Shown piece by piece: positions 46,686 to 50,840 of a stretch of DNA of 50,840 nt. The notes under the pieces are model-generated. The model did no database searches. It saw nothing but the letters and a program-made list of their open reading frames with translations, and was not told where the DNA came from. Both the position numbers and the translations under genes were made by a program. Numbering within the stretch: the first letter of the stretch is position 1; every line of letters begins with the position of its first letter. The stretch covers positions 1 to 50,840 of IMG/VR virus record IMGVR_UViG_3300031862_000007. One strand, written 5' to 3'. The DNA is from a virus (taxonomy: Duplodnaviria > Caudoviricetes).

Positions 46686-46713
46686 GGCCCTAAAAAGAAA
46701 GTGTTCTAAAGTC

Positions 46714-47661
46714 TCAAGCCGGGTGCCGTCTTCCTCCTGAACTCAGTGTGCTATTGTTCTTTCTCGCAACTCTTTGAAATGCAAGCCAATCATCTTTTAT
46801 GAGCTGGAACTTTCTTCCATCCCATGATCTTCCTTCTCGAAAATATCTTTTCCTCTTCACGTTCTCCTTTAAAATCTTCCCATCAGGGAAAACTACGGTT
46901 TCATGTCGACTCCATATACCCACAGGCACAATTGGACCGAGCTGAATGTAGTTTTTTCTAAATGCAATCCCTTGTCCAAATCCTGACCTCAAGCAAGAAA
47001 AATAACCTTTGGCAGATTGTTCTATACTTGATTTCTTATCTGGGTTTTTCATGGCTTTTGAATATGCATTACTTAACGTCTTCTCAGTGATGAACGCTGT
47101 GCATTCGCCTTCCGCCAGTTCATCACGATAGGTGGTCTCTTTGAAGCGCTCCCAAAACCAGATTAACAGGGATTTGACAACGGTCCAATCCGGCTGACCG
47201 TTTTCTTTTTTAATAACCTGGGCAAAAATAAAAGCTATTTTGTGTTTTGTATCTGTGGCATGACTTTTCGTTATCCAAGGAAGTCCACGGGTCAACATTT
47301 CCTTACAATCACGCTCAATTTCTTCGATCTCATGATATACTTCTTCTGATTTTGGATGGCTTGTCTCTGTTGCTTCTATTCCGTAGAGTTGAAGATATTT
47401 AGGGTATATTTTAATTAAATACTTCTTAAGGCCTTCAAATTTTTTAATAACCGCCCTGATTTGTTTTCGTTCCTTGGACCTACCTTTTCTGAGCATCGCT
47501 GGGAGCTGGTTAGGAGAAACTCTGTATCTCGGATCTAACCTCCATATTTCATATGCTACAACGTGAGAGAATTCATATAGTCCATTGCGCCCTTTAGTGA
47601 GAGTGAATAGGTATTCATCCCACTCTTCTGGCATCTGAGGAATGTTATCTCTCATGGACAA
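46714..47661 (-). CDS. Hypothetical protein divergent from the HTH gene (possible regulator)
   Basis: 315-aa ORF; partial homology to 40134-40460. Confidence 0.65.
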   Translation of the reverse strand: MSMRDNIPQMPEEWDEYLFTLTKGRNGLYEFSHVVAYEIWRLDPRYRVSPNQLPAMLRKGRSKERKQIRAVIKKFEGLKKYLIKIYPKYLQLYGIEATETSHPKSEEVYHEIEEIERDCKEMLTRGLPWITKSHATDTKHKIAFIFAQVIKKENGQPDWTVVKSLLIWFWERFKETTYRDELAEGECTAFITEKTLSNAYSKAMKNPDKKSSIEQSAKGYFSCLRSGFGQGIAFRKNYIQLGPIVPVGIWSRHETVVFPDGKILKENVKRKRYFREGRSWDGRKFQLIKDDWLAFQRVARKNNSTLSSGGRRHPA

Positions 47662-47753
47662 AAAAGCGATTTTCTAATCCAAAGTTAATAAATTTCTTTT
47701 CCTCTCAACTGATCCAAAATAAGGTCCAGATAAGTGGTTTGCGATGCCATTCA

Positions 47754-47764
47754 AGTTGACATAA
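47754..47764 (-). other. XerD-arm-like half site
   Basis: AGTTGACATAATATT, 15 nt identical to 38245-38259; no XerC-like arm. Confidence 0.4.
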
Positions 47765-47799
47765 TATTTTACCATAGAGTTGAATAAAAATAAATATTC

Positions 47800-48045
47800 A
47801 TGGAGCGAAAAATGATCAGCAGACTAAGAGAAATTAGATTTCGAAGGAATGTCTCTCAACTTTTGTTATCGCAAAGGACAGGGATCTGCCAATCGACTTT
47901 ATCGAAGATTGAGCACGGCTGGAGTAGGGGAACATCCGAACAGCGAAAGAGAATAGCAAGGTTTTTTAAGGTTGACAAAAACTGGATTTTTCCGGAAGAG
48001 AAACAGATTCATAAGAAATCGAATGAGCGAAAATTCAAACTTTGA
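47800..48045 (+). CDS. XRE-family HTH regulator
   Basis: LREIRFRRNVSQLLLSQRTGICQSTLSKIEHG. Confidence 0.85.
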   Translation: MERKMISRLREIRFRRNVSQLLLSQRTGICQSTLSKIEHGWSRGTSEQRKRIARFFKVDKNWIFPEEKQIHKKSNERKFKL

Positions 48046-49792
48046 CTTCAAGCCCGGCACGAAAAGCAAACTGATTACGGTTTATCGTTACGAGGATGAG
48101 GCGGGGGAGGTTGTCTTTGAAAAGGAGCGTCATGAACCAAAATCTTTCCGCTTCAGACGCCAGGTCAACGGCAAGCGGGTTTATAATCTCAACGGAATCG
48201 AGCCCGTCCCTTATCGGCTGCCGAAATGGAAAGACGCGCCCTCCGTGATAATATCTGAAGGCGAAAAAGATGCGGACGCTATTGCGGACCTTGGATTGGT
48301 CTCTACCTCGGGTCCCTTCGGGGCCAGCTCCTGGCCTACAGAACTCACGCCCAGGTTCAAGGATAAGCAGGTTTATATCTGCTACGACATTGGACAAGAA
48401 AAGGCCGCTGGATATGTGGCGGCTTCACTTTATGGCACAGCAAAAGAAATCAGGATCGTCCACCTGCCCTCGCTACGCCATGAGTTTGACATCTCGGACC
48501 ACCTCGTTTTGTTTTCCCACCGTCTAGGAAAGATTAAGGCCATCCAGGGTCTTCTCCGGGATGCGGAGAAATACAACCCCCCCGGAGTTATCGAAACCCA
48601 CGAGCCTGAGTTGAGGTCTATACAAGAGCTCTGTATTGACCATGATTTTCTTAACCTCTACATCGATTCCATCTCCCGGGTTACGGATGCGCCAAAAGTT
48701 TTTATCTTGTTTTCGGGGATCGGCCTGCTCAGTGGGATCTTAAACAAGATGTGGTTTTCCTATCCGAGACGGACAAACCTTAACCTTTATCTTTTACTGC
48801 TGGCCCCTTCTACATTTTACCGGAAATCGGTTTGCATCGATATCGCCAGCGATTATTTAGCGGAGGTGAACCCGGAACTTATTATGCCAGAATCATTCTC
48901 TCCCGAGGCTCTAATTGAAATTCTGTCCAAAAAGCGCCGAGGTTTAATATTATGGCGAGAGCTCATCCAGGTTAAAGAATTTAATTTTGGCAGCGACTAT
49001 TCCAAAGCATTGCCTTCGCTACTAACCGACATCTATGATTTTAAGGCGCGGCTGACGCGATGGACAAAAGAAGAAAAAGAGACAACCGCCGAAAACCCAA
49101 CAATTTCGATTTTATCCGCTGGAATTCAAAGCTGGCTTGTCTCGGGGATCCGACAAGAAGACTTCATGGGCGGAATCTGGACTAGATTTCTTTTTATTCC
49201 AGCGCCGGACCAGGAGACTAAACCTTATCGGCGGCCCAACCGATTCTCACCCTTGCCAGCCATAATTGACCGCCTTCGAGAGCTGGACTCAATCGAAGGT
49301 CGGGAACTTGACCTTAACAAAATCTTCCCCTTGCTCGATGCCTGGGGGGCTGCTCATCAGGCCCAGGCAATAAAGATTGAAAATGACTTGATGCAAGCCA
49401 ACTTTTCAAGGCTTGAAGTCGCCTTACTCAAGATAGCTGGCATTCTCGAACTTGCCGATGACCTAACTTCTACTTCTATCTCACCAAAAGCCTTCACGGA
49501 AGCCGTGAAAATCATCGACTTCCTCAAGGGCGAATTGTCTATATTTTTTGAAGAGCACGTGGTTTTTGGCAGTGAGGAAAAAAACAGGGCTGCGGTTATC
49601 CGCCTTTTAAAAAAACATGGTCAACTACTTCACAGCGATTTGCAAAGATTAGCCCACATAAGAAAATCGCAAGACCTCTATTCAATCATGACACAATTGA
49701 AAGACGAAGACCGAGCCAAAGAAGATTTAGTCCCCCCCACTTCTCAAGGCGGAAAGCCAGGCAAACTATATTCTTTGAAAGGAAGAAAATGA
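47972..49792 (+). CDS. TOPRIM primase fused to a DUF3987/YfjI-like P-loop domain (probable start 48023)
   Basis: YRYEDEAG, IISEGEKDAD, ICYD; NLYLLLLAPSTFYRKS, GIWTRFLF. Confidence 0.8.
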   Translation: MTKTGFFRKRNRFIRNRMSENSNFDFKPGTKSKLITVYRYEDEAGEVVFEKERHEPKSFRFRRQVNGKRVYNLNGIEPVPYRLPKWKDAPSVIISEGEKDADAIADLGLVSTSGPFGASSWPTELTPRFKDKQVYICYDIGQEKAAGYVAASLYGTAKEIRIVHLPSLRHEFDISDHLVLFSHRLGKIKAIQGLLRDAEKYNPPGVIETHEPELRSIQELCIDHDFLNLYIDSISRVTDAPKVFILFSGIGLLSGILNKMWFSYPRRTNLNLYLLLLAPSTFYRKSVCIDIASDYLAEVNPELIMPESFSPEALIEILSKKRRGLILWRELIQVKEFNFGSDYSKALPSLLTDIYDFKARLTRWTKEEKETTAENPTISILSAGIQSWLVSGIRQEDFMGGIWTRFLFIPAPDQETKPYRRPNRFSPLPAIIDRLRELDSIEGRELDLNKIFPLLDAWGAAHQAQAIKIENDLMQANFSRLEVALLKIAGILELADDLTSTSISPKAFTEAVKIIDFLKGELSIFFEEHVVFGSEEKNRAAVIRLLKKHGQLLHSDLQRLAHIRKSQDLYSIMTQLKDEDRAKEDLVPPTSQGGKPGKLYSLKGRK

Positions 49793-49800
49793 GTACCAGG

Positions 49801-50038
49801 GTTTCATCACAAAACCACCCGCTACGTTACTATCAAAAGTGCGAGGATACAACCAGGAACAGGGGTTTCATCGCATGCCAATTTGCGACGATACTAAAAC
49901 GCATAAATAATTTATTTTTCAATATATTAATGACTATAAATAGGTATCATAGCAATCATCACAGGGGGGGCACTTCCCCCTTATATTTCAGGGCAAAAAA
50001 CAAAGAGGAGATACCCCCTTGCTACGTTGCGATGATAC
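49801..50038. repeat. Iteron-like GCGATGATAC repeats around an AT-rich tract (putative origin of the element)
   Basis: Variants on + at 49841, 49885, 50029; on - at 49801, 49865, 49944; AT-rich 49900-49940. Confidence 0.6.
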
Positions 50039-50146
50039 CCCTCGTCGGGCGGTCCGAAAGGCTAAAAAAACCACAAGTCGCAGACGTCCCAGAAGGCGCT
50101 GGATATTGAGTCCGAAAATGAAAGGACTCTTTACAAGAGGTTTAAG

Positions 50147-50422
50147 ATGAGCGAGGAAAAAATAATTCATGAATTTAAGAAGAACGCTAACGAAACGGTG
50201 ATCGTGAAGCTTACTGAGTTTAAGGGAAAGAGACTTATTGATATCAGGGCTTATTATGCGGCAAAGAACGGAGAGCTGAGGCCTACGCCAAAAGGCGTTT
50301 CACTACGCCGAGATTTGCTTCCTGAGATGAAAGAGGCTATCGACAAAGCCCTGGCGGCATGGAAGAAAGGGCTGCCGGGAGAGCCGGAAAACGGCCGAGT
50401 CCCTGACAAGGAAAAGGTTTGA
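50147..50422 (+). CDS. PC4/YdbC-family ssDNA-binding protein
   Basis: EFKGKRLIDIRAYY...PTPKGVSL. Confidence 0.88.
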   Translation: MSEEKIIHEFKKNANETVIVKLTEFKGKRLIDIRAYYAAKNGELRPTPKGVSLRRDLLPEMKEAIDKALAAWKKGLPGEPENGRVPDKEKV

Positions 50423-50423
50423 A

Positions 50424-50660
50424 GTGACCAAACAAAGATCGATTTACCTTAAATGTTTGGACTGTTCCGGGGGATCTGCGCGGGGGGTAACTCTCTGTAG
50501 CGTCCTCGACTGTCCGTTGTGGGAATATCGGTGCGGCTACCACTTATCATCAAAGAGATATCGAGAAAGAATCGATGCGGCTTTTACCAAGGAAACAGAC
50601 GACATTTTAGAGCTGAAGGGCATTGGCTTGACCAAGGCGAGTTTTCTAAAAAAACCATAG
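50424..50660 (+). CDS. Small Cys-rich (Zn-binding) mobile-element protein
   Basis: KCLDCSGG...C...DCPLWEYR. Confidence 0.65.
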   Translation: MTKQRSIYLKCLDCSGGSARGVTLCSVLDCPLWEYRCGYHLSSKRYRERIDAAFTKETDDILELKGIGLTKASFLKKP

Positions 50661-50714
50661 CAGGCTTATGTTCTATTTGAAAAAAGACCCTATTCTAAAG
50701 TGGTGAGTGACAAA

Positions 50715-50840
50715 ATGAACTGGCTTCTCACAGTCAAAGAGCTTGCCGATCTTCTTCACATTCACCCTAAGACTGTTTATCGATGGAAACAAAATGGAAA
50801 GCTTCCCTTTTTAATGAAGAATGGTCTAGTAAGATTCAAG
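50715..50840 (+). CDS. Excisionase-like HTH protein (truncated by the window end)
   Basis: MNWLLTVKELADLLHIHPKTVYRWKQNGKLP...VRF. Confidence 0.8.
   Translation, partial: MNWLLTVKELADLLHIHPKTVYRWKQNGKLPFLMKNGLVRFK

Larger units (their letters stand above)
46714..50840. mobile_element. Phage-satellite-like / integrative element core (incomplete)
   Basis: Divergent gene, HTH, primase-DUF3987, iterons, PC4, excisionase-like HTH; no capsid or integrase within the window. Confidence 0.6.

Noticed and set aside
49789-50109. 106-aa ORF after the primase
   Set aside because: It overlaps the iteron/AT-rich cluster and has no recognisable protein features.
1-50840. tRNA/rRNA genes and an integrase
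   Set aside because: None recognised by eye; tRNAscan-SE and recombinase HMM searches are needed to exclude them formally.

Overview
Positions 1-42054 are one complete unit of a tailed phage with a short-tail (P22/T7-like) layout. On + it encodes terminases, portal, scaffold, major capsid, adaptor, nozzle, a tail protein ending in a Hint domain, four candidate ejection proteins (the largest 1750 aa, LPD38-like), amidase and spanin-like genes. On - it encodes replication, recombination and early genes. No integrase, partition system or clear CI-type repressor is recognisable. Positions 1-760 recur almost exactly at 42055-42814. After that the sequence changes to an IS1595 remnant, a P63C gene, a Panacea-type toxin-antitoxin pair, diverged copies of several phage modules, and a satellite-like module (HTH, TOPRIM-DUF3987 primase, iterons, PC4, excisionase) that runs off the window. 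Main observations: (1) A lipoprotein sits where CI normally would, and carries copies of the [YF]DFSFLDxWxP motif found at the N-terminus of the large ejection protein, plus a weaker match to a second ejection protein; this suggests superinfection exclusion by mimicry. (2) Several XerCD dif-like sites occur in this integrase-less phage. (3) The tail protein ends in a Hint domain that should cleave rather than splice. (4) Signal-peptide-bearing proteins lie inside the virion module. (5) A conserved 15-nt boundary motif links the small middle genes. All family calls come from motif recognition by eye, not from database searches.
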